This document shows, piece after piece, positions 32,587-41,525 of a stretch of 64,000 nucleotides of DNA. Where the stretch lies: contig JALPWY010000001.1 in assembly GCA_023271875.1 (NCBI GenBank), positions 6,091-70,090 on the forward strand, given 5' to 3'. The notes below the pieces were generated by a model, which did not search any database, was not told where the DNA came from, and was given only the letters and a program-made list of their open reading frames with translations. The DNA comes from Nitrospinaceae bacterium. Lineage in GTDB: Bacteria; Nitrospinota; Nitrospinia; Nitrospinales; VA-1. The position numbers and the translations under genes are program-made. The stretch's first letter is position 1. Each line of letters opens with the position of its first letter.

Positions 32587-33375
32587 CTATTGAATCACCT
32601 CTAATTTTAAAGCAGAAATTTCACTTTCACTCAATGTGCGATAAAGACACTTGCGTCCCGTATTATTGTTGAGAACTGCCGCTTCAAGGCTCCAACTGTC
32701 AAATGCTTCTTTTAGATCAGTTGGAATGTCTTCCGTTTCCTCCTCAGCCTGATCATTGTCTTCAACTGATGAATTTGCATCTTCTTCTAGTTTAGGTTTC
32801 TTACGGCCTTCCTCCCACATACGCAACGCTGATTGAATTGATTTATCTAAATCCAATAACATAAAATCGGTGCTTTCTATTGCTTTTTGTATTCGTTCTC
32901 TCACTTTACTATCACCCGCAATAACGGTTCCTTTTTTAAATTTTTCCCAGTAACCGTCATAGTTGACTCGAAAAAATTCGGCACTCCCTTCATGGTTTAT
33001 TTCAGCAAGTAACATTTGAATCAGATAAGGGGCCCGTTGAATTTCTTCGAAGTTTTGCTTGAGTGCCGGTGCGAGTCCAAATTGTAGAAGCCTTCCAATG
33101 GTTACGTCCTCTGATGAACGGTTGAATCCTTCAGCATGTGCCATATCCAGAAGTGTCATACGCAAACGTTCGACATCTGCAGGGTGGCCTAACCCACCTA
33201 GAGCAATACGATCATAAATTTCAAAAATTTTTCCAGGTTGCGGAGAAAACCCGATAATAAGCGCCCCTTCATTATAAGGAACCCCTATAACTGGCTGTCC
33301 CTTAAACAGCTTTTCACGAACATAACTATGGCGCGTAGAAATCGCTTCCATCCAACGAAAAGGCTCTTCAAACAT
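32587..33375 (-). CDS. prcA: 20S proteasome subunit alpha
   Basis: KIFEIYDRIALGGLG..D.E.LR...SEDVT...LEAAVL; AGGAG RBS favours ATG 33375. Confidence 0.88.
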   Translation of the reverse strand: MFEEPFRWMEAISTRHSYVREKLFKGQPVIGVPYNEGALIIGFSPQPGKIFEIYDRIALGGLGHPADVERLRMTLLDMAHAEGFNRSSEDVTIGRLLQFGLAPALKQNFEEIQRAPYLIQMLLAEINHEGSAEFFRVNYDGYWEKFKKGTVIAGDSKVRERIQKAIESTDFMLLDLDKSIQSALRMWEEGRKKPKLEEDANSSVEDNDQAEEETEDIPTDLKEAFDSWSLEAAVLNNNTGRKCLYRTLSESEISALKLEVIQ

Positions 33376-33377
33376 TT

Positions 33378-34178
33378 TCAACTCCTGCTCATAGAAGATT
33401 CGTAAATAGACTCCATATGATCGTCTGAAATAAACTGATACCCATCTTTAGTAATCTTCGCAATGATAGGGTAAAGTTTGTCTTCGGGCCGGGCTTGCCC
33501 TGTGGCTGAATCAAATTGAGCAGCTGTCTGTAGTAGACGTATTGATAAAGAGGTCGCTTCTTCCTCTGACCTTTCTCCTAATGGGCTACTACCCCAAAGA
33601 TTCTCGTGTTCTAAAACACCCTTTATCATAGGAGATCCAGACCCTGTTGCGACATAAGTCAGTATCTGAAATTCAGCTCCCAGCATATCGTAAAAATAAA
33701 GAAATACTTTTTTCTGTTCTTTATCATAAATAGCAAAAAGAGGGCTCACCCCACCCACACCCTGCAAAGCCATCCCCACATTATCTTTGAGCAGTTTTGA
33801 CAAAGCACGGACTTTGCCTTCCGTGCTCATGGTCCGCAATTGTGAACGCCTATAATATTCAAAGTTATGTGATAGGATGCGTGCCATTTCGAATGCTGTA
33901 GCCGGAACCCCTGCGATAGCCATTAATGAAAAATCATCTATGGGGATTACTTTATCGCAACGATCATACATGATCGCATTTCCAGCAGTAGCTCTGCGAT
34001 CACCCGCCACAATTATTCCATCTTTATAATGGAAAGCCAGGACTGTGGTTCCTTGAGGGATTTCTAAAGCCTTATTTTCAAAAATACCTGAAGACACTTT
34101 CTGTGGATAGTGACCTGATTTTTTAAGGAGCTCGAGAAAGTCGCCAGAAGTGTGGATTCGTTCAAGGTTTTCTGTCAT
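33378..34178 (-). CDS. prcB: 20S proteasome subunit beta
   Basis: Propeptide cleavage site QG|TT; T1, D17 and K33 correctly spaced; ATGSGS and DSATG motifs. Confidence 0.93.
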   Translation of the reverse strand: MTENLERIHTSGDFLELLKKSGHYPQKVSSGIFENKALEIPQGTTVLAFHYKDGIIVAGDRRATAGNAIMYDRCDKVIPIDDFSLMAIAGVPATAFEMARILSHNFEYYRRSQLRTMSTEGKVRALSKLLKDNVGMALQGVGGVSPLFAIYDKEQKKVFLYFYDMLGAEFQILTYVATGSGSPMIKGVLEHENLWGSSPLGERSEEEATSLSIRLLQTAAQFDSATGQARPEDKLYPIIAKITKDGYQFISDDHMESIYESSMSRS

Positions 34179-34351
34179 TGGCCGGTTCGTTGTTTGTAGT
34201 TTTCTGATTGTTTAGGGTCAACCCGTTTCATTCGCTTGAGAATATCATCACGACCCGGTCGTTCAACATTCGGACTAGATGGTCCTGATTCCTTGCGGTC
34301 GGGAGTAGGATCCTTTTTTTCTTCTCTTCTTAATGGATCGTTCATAACCAT
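34175..34351 (-). CDS. ubact: Ubiquitin-like modifier UBact (58 aa)
   Basis: Hand translation: MVMNDPLRREEKKDPTPDRKESGPSSPNVERPGRDDILKRMKRVDPKQSENYKQRTGQ*. AAGGAG RBS; ATGA overlap with prcB; C-terminal R[T/S]G[E/Q]; occupies the pup position. Confidence 0.92.
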   Translation of the reverse strand: MVMNDPLRREEKKDPTPDRKESGPSSPNVERPGRDDILKRMKRVDPKQSENYKQRTGQ

Positions 34352-35829
34352 GGGAATTGCTCCTTTTTGGAATTAATCAAATGTTCTACGTCAGCCGAGC
34401 TGACAACTTGAGAAAGATCTATAAAGTCACCGCCCGTAAACTCGATACCCGTCCAGTGAATATTTTTTATCTGATCCTCGCTGTTTGTAACGGCCAAGCC
34501 ACGCACCAGAGCCCTCGTATCTTCAGGTGGCTCTTTTATAGCGCGCTGAATTTCATCTTCAGAAAACATGGAGTATACATCACCTGCTTGCTCAAGTCCT
34601 CGGTACAAGCCTCTTTCTGGATCAAGATTATGATACTCTAAATCTAGGCTTTTTATCCAAGGATCATCCCAACCCACCCCTTCTGATTCAGTAAAACGGG
34701 TAAAAATATCTTTTTTTATTGCCCAATCAATTCGATCAGCTAGCTTTTCAGGGTGGTGTTTGAGTTCATTCAAAGTACGTGCCCATTCGCGGATAATCCA
34801 ATCCCTCTCTTTGCATTGCCCTGATAGATTTTTATCTGCTGCGTCAAGATAGAATTCTTGTATTTCAAGTGATGTTATCGTTTTGCCATTCCTACATTTC
34901 AAAGCAATAGTCCCTGTCTGGTCTCGAGAAATATTTTTAATATCATCAACTGGATTCTCTAGGGCCAAAGGCGATTCTAATTTATCTTCTCCAATTAGAG
35001 TCAAGATCAATCGAGTTGTTCCAACCTTCAAAGCAGTTGCATAAGGGGACATATTTGCATCACCTAGAATAAGGTGAAGTCGACGGTACTTGTCTTGTGT
35101 CGCATGGGGTTCATCCCGAGTATTAATAATAGGTCGTTGGGTCATCGTCTCTATACTCAATACCGTTTCTATAAAATCGGACCGCTGTGCAAGCTGGAGT
35201 CCACTAAATGAATTATCATCTTTAAGTTCAGTTCCGACCTTGCCAGCTCCTGCGTATAGTTGGCGAGTTATAAGAAACGGAACCAAACGTTCTACCCAAT
35301 GCTCAAAGGGAAGTCGACGTGATATGAGATAATTATCATGCGTACCGTAGCTATGCCCTAGATAGTCGGTGTTATTCTTGAATACGCAAACCCTACCAAC
35401 CTTGTCGTCTTGATTTCTTAGGTGAGCACACTCGGAAACAATGCGTTCACCGGCCAGATCATGCACCACTAATTGAAAAACACTGCCACATTCGGGGGTG
35501 CTATATTCTGGATGCGTGTGGTCATTATAAAACCTTGCTCCGTTTTCAAGTACCCGGTCGCGTTTCATCTCCCAATAACTGTAGGGACGTTTACGATCCT
35601 CAACGCAAAAAGCATCTTCTTCCTCGTCCTGTGCCAGAGAAGGCACATTAAACCCTCGCATATCCTGATGAGAACGTTCTCGAGAATAAGCCCAATTACA
35701 AAATTCACTTTTCATCTCACAGCGACGCACTAGGGCCATTGACTCCTCTACGACATCGTAACTTTCTACCTCATTGCGCACGATCCCATATTCTGTTTCT
35801 AGGCCTAACAAAGGAACTGAAGAACTCAT
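34342..35829 (-). CDS. dop: Deamidase/deconjugase Dop (PafA2)
   Basis: GLETEYG, VLENGARFYNDHTHPEYSTPEC (Dop-type), YGTHDNYL, RPIINTRDEPHA, RRLHLILGDANMS. Confidence 0.88.
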   Translation of the reverse strand: MSSSVPLLGLETEYGIVRNEVESYDVVEESMALVRRCEMKSEFCNWAYSRERSHQDMRGFNVPSLAQDEEEDAFCVEDRKRPYSYWEMKRDRVLENGARFYNDHTHPEYSTPECGSVFQLVVHDLAGERIVSECAHLRNQDDKVGRVCVFKNNTDYLGHSYGTHDNYLISRRLPFEHWVERLVPFLITRQLYAGAGKVGTELKDDNSFSGLQLAQRSDFIETVLSIETMTQRPIINTRDEPHATQDKYRRLHLILGDANMSPYATALKVGTTRLILTLIGEDKLESPLALENPVDDIKNISRDQTGTIALKCRNGKTITSLEIQEFYLDAADKNLSGQCKERDWIIREWARTLNELKHHPEKLADRIDWAIKKDIFTRFTESEGVGWDDPWIKSLDLEYHNLDPERGLYRGLEQAGDVYSMFSEDEIQRAIKEPPEDTRALVRGLAVTNSEDQIKNIHWTGIEFTGGDFIDLSQVVSSADVEHLINSKKEQFPWL

Positions 35830-37445
35830 ATGATCGATCGGTTGAGAGTTTCAGCGGCAGCCTGGTCAGACTGGTTGGGTCGACGCACCCTTACCACATC
35901 GCGCGGATCTAGGTCAAGCAATTGAAGCCAATCCTCCAGATTTGATTCTGCGGGAAGCAAGTTGCCATCCGTAAACTCAGTTTTTAGACATTCTGTTAAA
36001 TCTTTGGACAAAATTTTTAACTCTTTTCCATCGATGGCTCTTTCAATTGCTTTTTCTTTGGTTCTTTTGACTATCCCCTCAATAATCGCACCAGAAATAA
36101 AGTCCTTCCAGTAAAGATTTTTGAGTTTACCAGTGCGTAGGGTAAGAACCAAAACCTTCTGTCGAGAGCTCTTCCTAAATAGGGCATCGAGAAATGGCTG
36201 AGTCATTTGATCAAGGTTTTCGTGCTCTCGAGGTAAATTAGGTTTAAGATAAACCCTAAGTATCGCATTGCAATCTTCACGATTGGGACGACCCACTTTT
36301 ATCTTTCGATCGATTCGGCCAGGTCTCAAGATGGCAGGATCTATCAGGTCGGGCCGGTTAGTGGCGAGAATAACAACAGCTTCTCGAAGCGATTGGATTC
36401 CATCCATCTCAGCACAGAACATAGGTACCAGCGTATTGCTGATATTATTTCCACGCATGGCCTGCCTTGTTCCAAGAATAGATTCTGCTTCATCAATAAA
36501 AATAAAAGGCACTTGGCCCTTTTCCTTATAATCACGCGCCTTTTTAAAAATTTCCCTTACTTTACGCTCCGACTCCCCAAGCCACATGTTAAGAATTTCG
36601 GGACCTTTGACATGGATAAATCGACCTTCGAGATCTTGATTAGATTCTTTTTCCTTAAGTTGACGAATGATGTCTGAAAGAATAGCTCTGCCAATGAGGG
36701 TTTTACCACAACCCGGAGGTCCGTAAAATAAAAAACCCTTTGGCAATTGGTATTCCATGGTTTTAAGAATATCCTTATGTAAAATAGGGTACTCGATAAC
36801 CTTGCGCACTTCCTCAATAACTTTAGATTGCCCTCCTACCTCGGACCAGTCGATTTGAGCCAAATCGTCTTCGATAACAACGCCAGACGTTCTCTTAGGT
36901 AGCCGAGCCAAAATAACCCGTTGGTTCGGGTCGAGAATGACCTCATCACCCACCTTCAATGTCTCTGTTTCCAGATCGGGGTGATTCGAGGCTAAGGTTT
37001 CGCTGTTGGCAGCTTGCCCGGTTATCAACCACTGTCCATCTGTTAATCGCGTGGTGATGCGAGCAATCGGCCCTTGCTCAGGCTTAGGCAACTTAGCTAT
37101 AGCAACAAACCCCTCGTTGAGCGCAACTTGATCACCAGGCTGAAGAGTTTCTTCTTCAAGAATTTCTGGAGAGACAGCAGCCTGATACTCTGTACCTCCA
37201 ACTACTAAACGATAAAGACCTCCCTTTCCCAGTCCCAACACAGTTCCAATACGGTGGGCAGGGGACTTTAACTTAGCAACGGTTTCCTCGAGATTTTTAA
37301 TTTTTAAAGCATATTGCTGTGATACCTGTTGCGCCTGAAATAATGCGTCTCGCAAATCAAAAATCTTCTCTTGGAGCTTAGGATTATCAGCCGTTTCACC
37401 CAAAAGTTGGTCAATCAGTTCGATAATATGGGGTTGGTCACCCAT
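35826..37445 (-). CDS. arc: Proteasome-associated AAA+ ATPase (ARC/Mpa-like)
   Basis: N-terminal coiled coil, OB-like region, GPPGCGKT, VKGPEILNMWLGESE, FIDEAES, ATNRPDLIDPAILRPGRID, ISGA. Confidence 0.92.
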   Translation of the reverse strand: MGDQPHIIELIDQLLGETADNPKLQEKIFDLRDALFQAQQVSQQYALKIKNLEETVAKLKSPAHRIGTVLGLGKGGLYRLVVGGTEYQAAVSPEILEEETLQPGDQVALNEGFVAIAKLPKPEQGPIARITTRLTDGQWLITGQAANSETLASNHPDLETETLKVGDEVILDPNQRVILARLPKRTSGVVIEDDLAQIDWSEVGGQSKVIEEVRKVIEYPILHKDILKTMEYQLPKGFLFYGPPGCGKTLIGRAILSDIIRQLKEKESNQDLEGRFIHVKGPEILNMWLGESERKVREIFKKARDYKEKGQVPFIFIDEAESILGTRQAMRGNNISNTLVPMFCAEMDGIQSLREAVVILATNRPDLIDPAILRPGRIDRKIKVGRPNREDCNAILRVYLKPNLPREHENLDQMTQPFLDALFRKSSRQKVLVLTLRTGKLKNLYWKDFISGAIIEGIVKRTKEKAIERAIDGKELKILSKDLTECLKTEFTDGNLLPAESNLEDWLQLLDLDPRDVVRVRRPNQSDQAAAETLNRSII

Positions 37446-37484
37446 GAGTATAAATCCCTATAATTAAGTTGATATTAATATCTA

Positions 37485-37514
37485 ATTCTAAATCGAAAAA
37501 AAATTGCACGTCAA
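37485..37514 (-). promoter_or_regulatory. Putative sigma70 promoter of the proteasome operon
   Basis: Minus strand TTGACG (37514-37509)-18 bp-TAGAAT (37490-37485), 40 bp before the arc ATG. Confidence 0.5.
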
Positions 37515-37749
37515 GTTAATTTAACTATATCAAACTATTACTTTCTTCCTTATGGCGACCAATGGTGAGTATTAAAAGGTCTTTTTTGGCCATTTCGTCC
37601 TTTGAAGATTTTCTGGTACAATTTCCCTTTTAAAACATTGATTAATCTATTTTGGCATACAATAAGCCAGCTATTGTATGTTAGAAAGTCGATTTCATCA
37701 AAGTAGGATCGACGCAAAGTAATTGCTGCTTTACTTTTTTACCTTTTTT

Positions 37750-39075
37750 ATGGACCACATTAGGCCTTCAGCCAGTATCGATAAGTGCATCTTAAGCTTC
37801 AGCCATGATCGGTACACTTCACGAAAAAAGGCAAACGCTGCCGCTATTGCAAAAGCCGAACGTGAAATTGCATCTAACAGCAATGGTGTTAGCCACCTTA
37901 TCCTGCGAGCAACTGATGACAAAATAGACCATCTAAAGTTTCTCTTCCTTATCAACGGTATTCCTGTCATGTGTTACGCGCTAGGGAACCTACTAATTTC
38001 CAGCCTCAAAGAAATCGTCATCATAGGTTCCGAAGAAGTGGAGCAAGTTGCCACTAATTTTTTAGAAACAGTGGGGACGCAAGGGAAAAAAGTATCGTTT
38101 GTCAGAGAAGACTCAAATAAGTTAAACCTTTTTAACACTATGCAGTTAGGAAAACACCGGTTGAATATTGAGCCAAATGAATTGATTTTATTCCAACCTG
38201 GCGACCTACCATTCATGTTCGATATTGAAGAAATCCTGAACGATAGCGACATTCAAAATTACAATTTGATTCTTTGGCTTAACTCCAGACAAATGATGTT
38301 CCCGAATCACCAGCATAATCCAGACAGCGAATTTGTTCGGCGTAACTATCACTACCGCGCCCTTTGTAAAGAAACAAACGAACTACATGAAGTCAAAGAA
38401 CCCAACATTTATCCAATCAACCTGTCCGCAGTAGATTCAGACATCATTGACCATCTGCACTCAACAAGAAAAGATGGAAATATAATTAAGGCCGGTATCC
38501 GAAAAGCACTTTCTATGCCATCAAGAATATTAAAACTACTTCCCATAATGGCACACCACGCACTACACTTCAGGTCTGATTTAAAGCAATTTCGCAAGGA
38601 AGATAAATACCTGTTTGGAATGCAAAGAGATAATTTTGATCGCGCTGTTTCGGTTTTATTAGATACTGAATTCATAACCAAATTCCATAGCGCCCCAGCA
38701 TTTGTTTCTGATGTAGACGCGCTGGAAGATTGGGAAGACTTTGAATCCCTTACACATTATGCCAATCTTAAACATGGGGAGGAAGGCCTAGCACATATTC
38801 ATCCTTTTGGTGAAGAATTACTCCGCTTTCGTGAAGAACAAATGCCTAGCCTGAAAACCAAAATAGATATGTACAATAATTTCCCAGCCTACATCAATTC
38901 ATTTTACCAATCCCTCAAAATGAACCGTGTGCCTTTCCCGAATGGAAGTCGATACGTCCCACATAAGACTAACCATGAAAAAAACGGGTCTGCTCAAAAA
39001 ACAAAACATGCTTTTTCTTGGTATTCCAATAAATGCAACGCCGTTAAACTAGGGCGTGTTAGTCAAATTATTTAA
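37750..39075 (+). CDS. Divergent nucleotidyltransferase-like (GT-A/MobA-like) protein
   Basis: KFLFLINGIPVMCYAL..LKEIVIIG, QPGDLPF and DVDALEDW resemble NTP_transf_3 motifs; no canonical LAAG.G.R loop. Confidence 0.6.
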   Translation: MDHIRPSASIDKCILSFSHDRYTSRKKANAAAIAKAEREIASNSNGVSHLILRATDDKIDHLKFLFLINGIPVMCYALGNLLISSLKEIVIIGSEEVEQVATNFLETVGTQGKKVSFVREDSNKLNLFNTMQLGKHRLNIEPNELILFQPGDLPFMFDIEEILNDSDIQNYNLILWLNSRQMMFPNHQHNPDSEFVRRNYHYRALCKETNELHEVKEPNIYPINLSAVDSDIIDHLHSTRKDGNIIKAGIRKALSMPSRILKLLPIMAHHALHFRSDLKQFRKEDKYLFGMQRDNFDRAVSVLLDTEFITKFHSAPAFVSDVDALEDWEDFESLTHYANLKHGEEGLAHIHPFGEELLRFREEQMPSLKTKIDMYNNFPAYINSFYQSLKMNRVPFPNGSRYVPHKTNHEKNGSAQKTKHAFSWYSNKCNAVKLGRVSQII

Positions 39076-39083
39076 ATAGTTTT

Positions 39084-40004
39084 ATGGCAATCACTGAAAT
39101 ACGAAAATTAGATCTGTTGGCTCGATTTTCTCAAACAGAATTTTTTTCCCATGGCAGTAAACTCAACTATGCCAAGCTAGAACGGTTTATACTCATTTCC
39201 TTTTTACTTCATTTTTCGGTTGTGATCTTTGGTTTAGTTGCTCCTTTAAATACTAAAAAACCTCTAACGCCACCACCAATTAAAGTAAAATATGTCAATA
39301 CCCAAACACCCGTACCCCTTAAACAAAAACAAACACCCGCTGACTCCCTAAAACCAAAAATAAGTCAGAAGAAAAAAACAAAACCACCTGGGTTGCTAGC
39401 AAGAACGAGCCACAAGACATTTGTAAAAAAACAATATCCTAAACAAAAAAAACACCGCCAAATAAAAACGACCACTTCAAAAACCCAGAACATTCCTAGC
39501 ATCATTCACCAATCAAGCCCCCAAGTTACGAAAAAGAAAAAAGGGGAGAACCAACAAAAAGTACATCCTGTCCCTTCCAAATTTATGGGCTCAAAAGGAA
39601 CTCTGACTATGCTTGATGAGTTGAACCAAGAAAAATACGCCCCAGAAAACCCACAAGTTGAAGAAAAAGAAGAACTGGACGAGGATGAACCCATTTCTCT
39701 TGACACTAAAGAAGCAAAATATGTTTCATATTTCAGTCGCATTAAACAACAAATTCAGCGTGTCTGGGTTTACCCATCCCAAGGAATAAAGAGAACCCTT
39801 AGTGGAGAACTCACGCTTAAATTTGAAATTTCGAAGGATGGAAACCTTCTTGGCCTACGATTGATTAATAGCTCAGGCTCCAACATCCTTGATGCTAATG
39901 CCATTAAGGCAGTGAGGGGGGCCGCGCCCTACTATCCATTTCCAAAAACAATCACCAAAAAAAAGCTTTCTATACTTGCAACATTTGTATACAACTCCAA
40001 ATAA
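39084..40004 (+). CDS. Energy transducer TonB-family protein
   Basis: TM anchor SFLLH, Lys/Pro-rich linker, TonB_C domain (WVYP...SSGSNILDANAIKAVRGAAPY). Confidence 0.88.
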   Translation: MAITEIRKLDLLARFSQTEFFSHGSKLNYAKLERFILISFLLHFSVVIFGLVAPLNTKKPLTPPPIKVKYVNTQTPVPLKQKQTPADSLKPKISQKKKTKPPGLLARTSHKTFVKKQYPKQKKHRQIKTTTSKTQNIPSIIHQSSPQVTKKKKGENQQKVHPVPSKFMGSKGTLTMLDELNQEKYAPENPQVEEKEELDEDEPISLDTKEAKYVSYFSRIKQQIQRVWVYPSQGIKRTLSGELTLKFEISKDGNLLGLRLINSSGSNILDANAIKAVRGAAPYYPFPKTITKKKLSILATFVYNSK

Positions 40005-40270
40005 TATTTACTGGGGCGCACAATAGAAACCTTACCCAAAAAGCGAGTCCACCTCAAACCCCTACCATCAGAGTAGCCCCTTAATAGTAAAAACACGCAG
40101 TTTTTGCTTCGGATTAAAATTGATGGCCTTTCGCCCCTTAAACGCTTATTTTTTAAAACTACAACTTGCCTGTAGTTTGGGAATAGGCTCCACCCATACC
40201 TCAAACCTTTATTTACATTCCCACTCCGTGTTGATAGTCTTACAGAATATAGTGAGAGTTCCATCCTAAA

Positions 40271-41500
40271 ATGTACAAAATTGATTCTAATATATCTGTT
40301 TCAATGGACTCAGAAAATACCTGCGTAGTCCTTCCCTTATCTCGCCCTCCTTCGAACTGGTCGATGGTTGACTGGTATTGGAAAAAAATTTGCGGCATTC
40401 CGTTTTTATTGAGAAATATTTTCAGTCTTCAGCGATCCGGGGTCAACTCGCTAATTATTTATAGCAATACTGAGAATACTGCTCTTCACAAAAAGCTTTT
40501 CAAGGAAAATAAATTAACCCTTAAGTTAACTTTTGAAACCAATATTACGGAAGTGGTTAGAGTTACTAAAAATTACCCCACCTTGGTTTTAAATGGCGGA
40601 GCGCTTCATACAAAGCAAGAAATTGAGTCTGGCATGAACTTCACAAATCAACCTGATGAAGCATTGGTCTATCCTATTGATCGCACAATCATGACCGAAA
40701 CCCTTAACCAAATAATCATGGGTAATAAGGTTTCCTTGACTCAATCATCCAATTATCAAGAATCCCTCATTAACTTTTTACCGGGGAAAAATGACTCCCA
40801 TATAAACAAGCCAGAGGATTTTCTTATTCAACACAAAAACCTTTTACAAAGCAGTGGACTGAGCAATGATAGCTTTATGGATAAAACCATCACCCGATTT
40901 TTCTCTCGTCAACTCACAAGGTTTTTTTTAGAAACTCCTCTCAGCCCTAACATGATCACTATTTTGAGTCTTTTTATCGGCTTAATTTCAGCAAAATTTT
41001 TTCTTCAAGGTACTTATGAAAATAGCATAATTGGCGCTGCGCTCCTTTTGCTCTCTGCATGGATTGACTGCACAGACGGAGAAGTGGCCCGACTTAAATT
41101 TTCTGAATCAAAAATTGGGGGGAAGTTGGATATTCTTTGCGATAACCTGGTTCATTTTTCAGTATTTTTTGCGATTGGCATGGGGTTATATAAATCCACC
41201 GAGAATAATATTTTTATATTTTTTGGCGCACTTGCTGTGTTTGGAAGTTTTGTTTCCTTTCTCATTCTTAGTTCATCAATTATCGATAAAAAAGAAAAGG
41301 TTTCTGCAAATGCAGTTGATCTAAAAAAGAAAAATACGCTAACTGATAACATGGCAAACAGGGATTTTATTTATTTTCTTTTTTTTATGTCACTGATTGG
41401 TAGGGTTGATATTTTTATATGCATTACTGCTTTTGGCTCGAATATTTTTGCAGCCTATCTTGCCTACTCTAAAATCAAGCCCCTCTTGCATGCAAGTTGA
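40271..41500 (+). CDS. CDP-alcohol phosphatidyltransferase with N-terminal NTP-transferase-like remnant
   Basis: SPNMIT, DCTDGEVARL...GGKLDILCD signature; N-terminal KICGIPFLLRNI..LQRSGV. Confidence 0.85.
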   Translation: MYKIDSNISVSMDSENTCVVLPLSRPPSNWSMVDWYWKKICGIPFLLRNIFSLQRSGVNSLIIYSNTENTALHKKLFKENKLTLKLTFETNITEVVRVTKNYPTLVLNGGALHTKQEIESGMNFTNQPDEALVYPIDRTIMTETLNQIIMGNKVSLTQSSNYQESLINFLPGKNDSHINKPEDFLIQHKNLLQSSGLSNDSFMDKTITRFFSRQLTRFFLETPLSPNMITILSLFIGLISAKFFLQGTYENSIIGAALLLLSAWIDCTDGEVARLKFSESKIGGKLDILCDNLVHFSVFFAIGMGLYKSTENNIFIFFGALAVFGSFVSFLILSSSIIDKKEKVSANAVDLKKKNTLTDNMANRDFIYFLFFMSLIGRVDIFICITAFGSNIFAAYLAYSKIKPLLHAS

Positions 41501-41525
41501 TCCTTTCTTAATAAAATTCAATTTT

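Noticed and set aside
37653..37667. Sigma54-like TGGCA-N8-GC element
   Set aside because: The -12 element (AAGC) deviates from TTGC; too weak to call.
39932..40264. 110-aa minus-strand ORF, and the aaactaca/tgtagttt inverted repeat within it
   Set aside because: No recognisable motif, it overlaps the tonB end, and there is no support for a gene or structured RNA.
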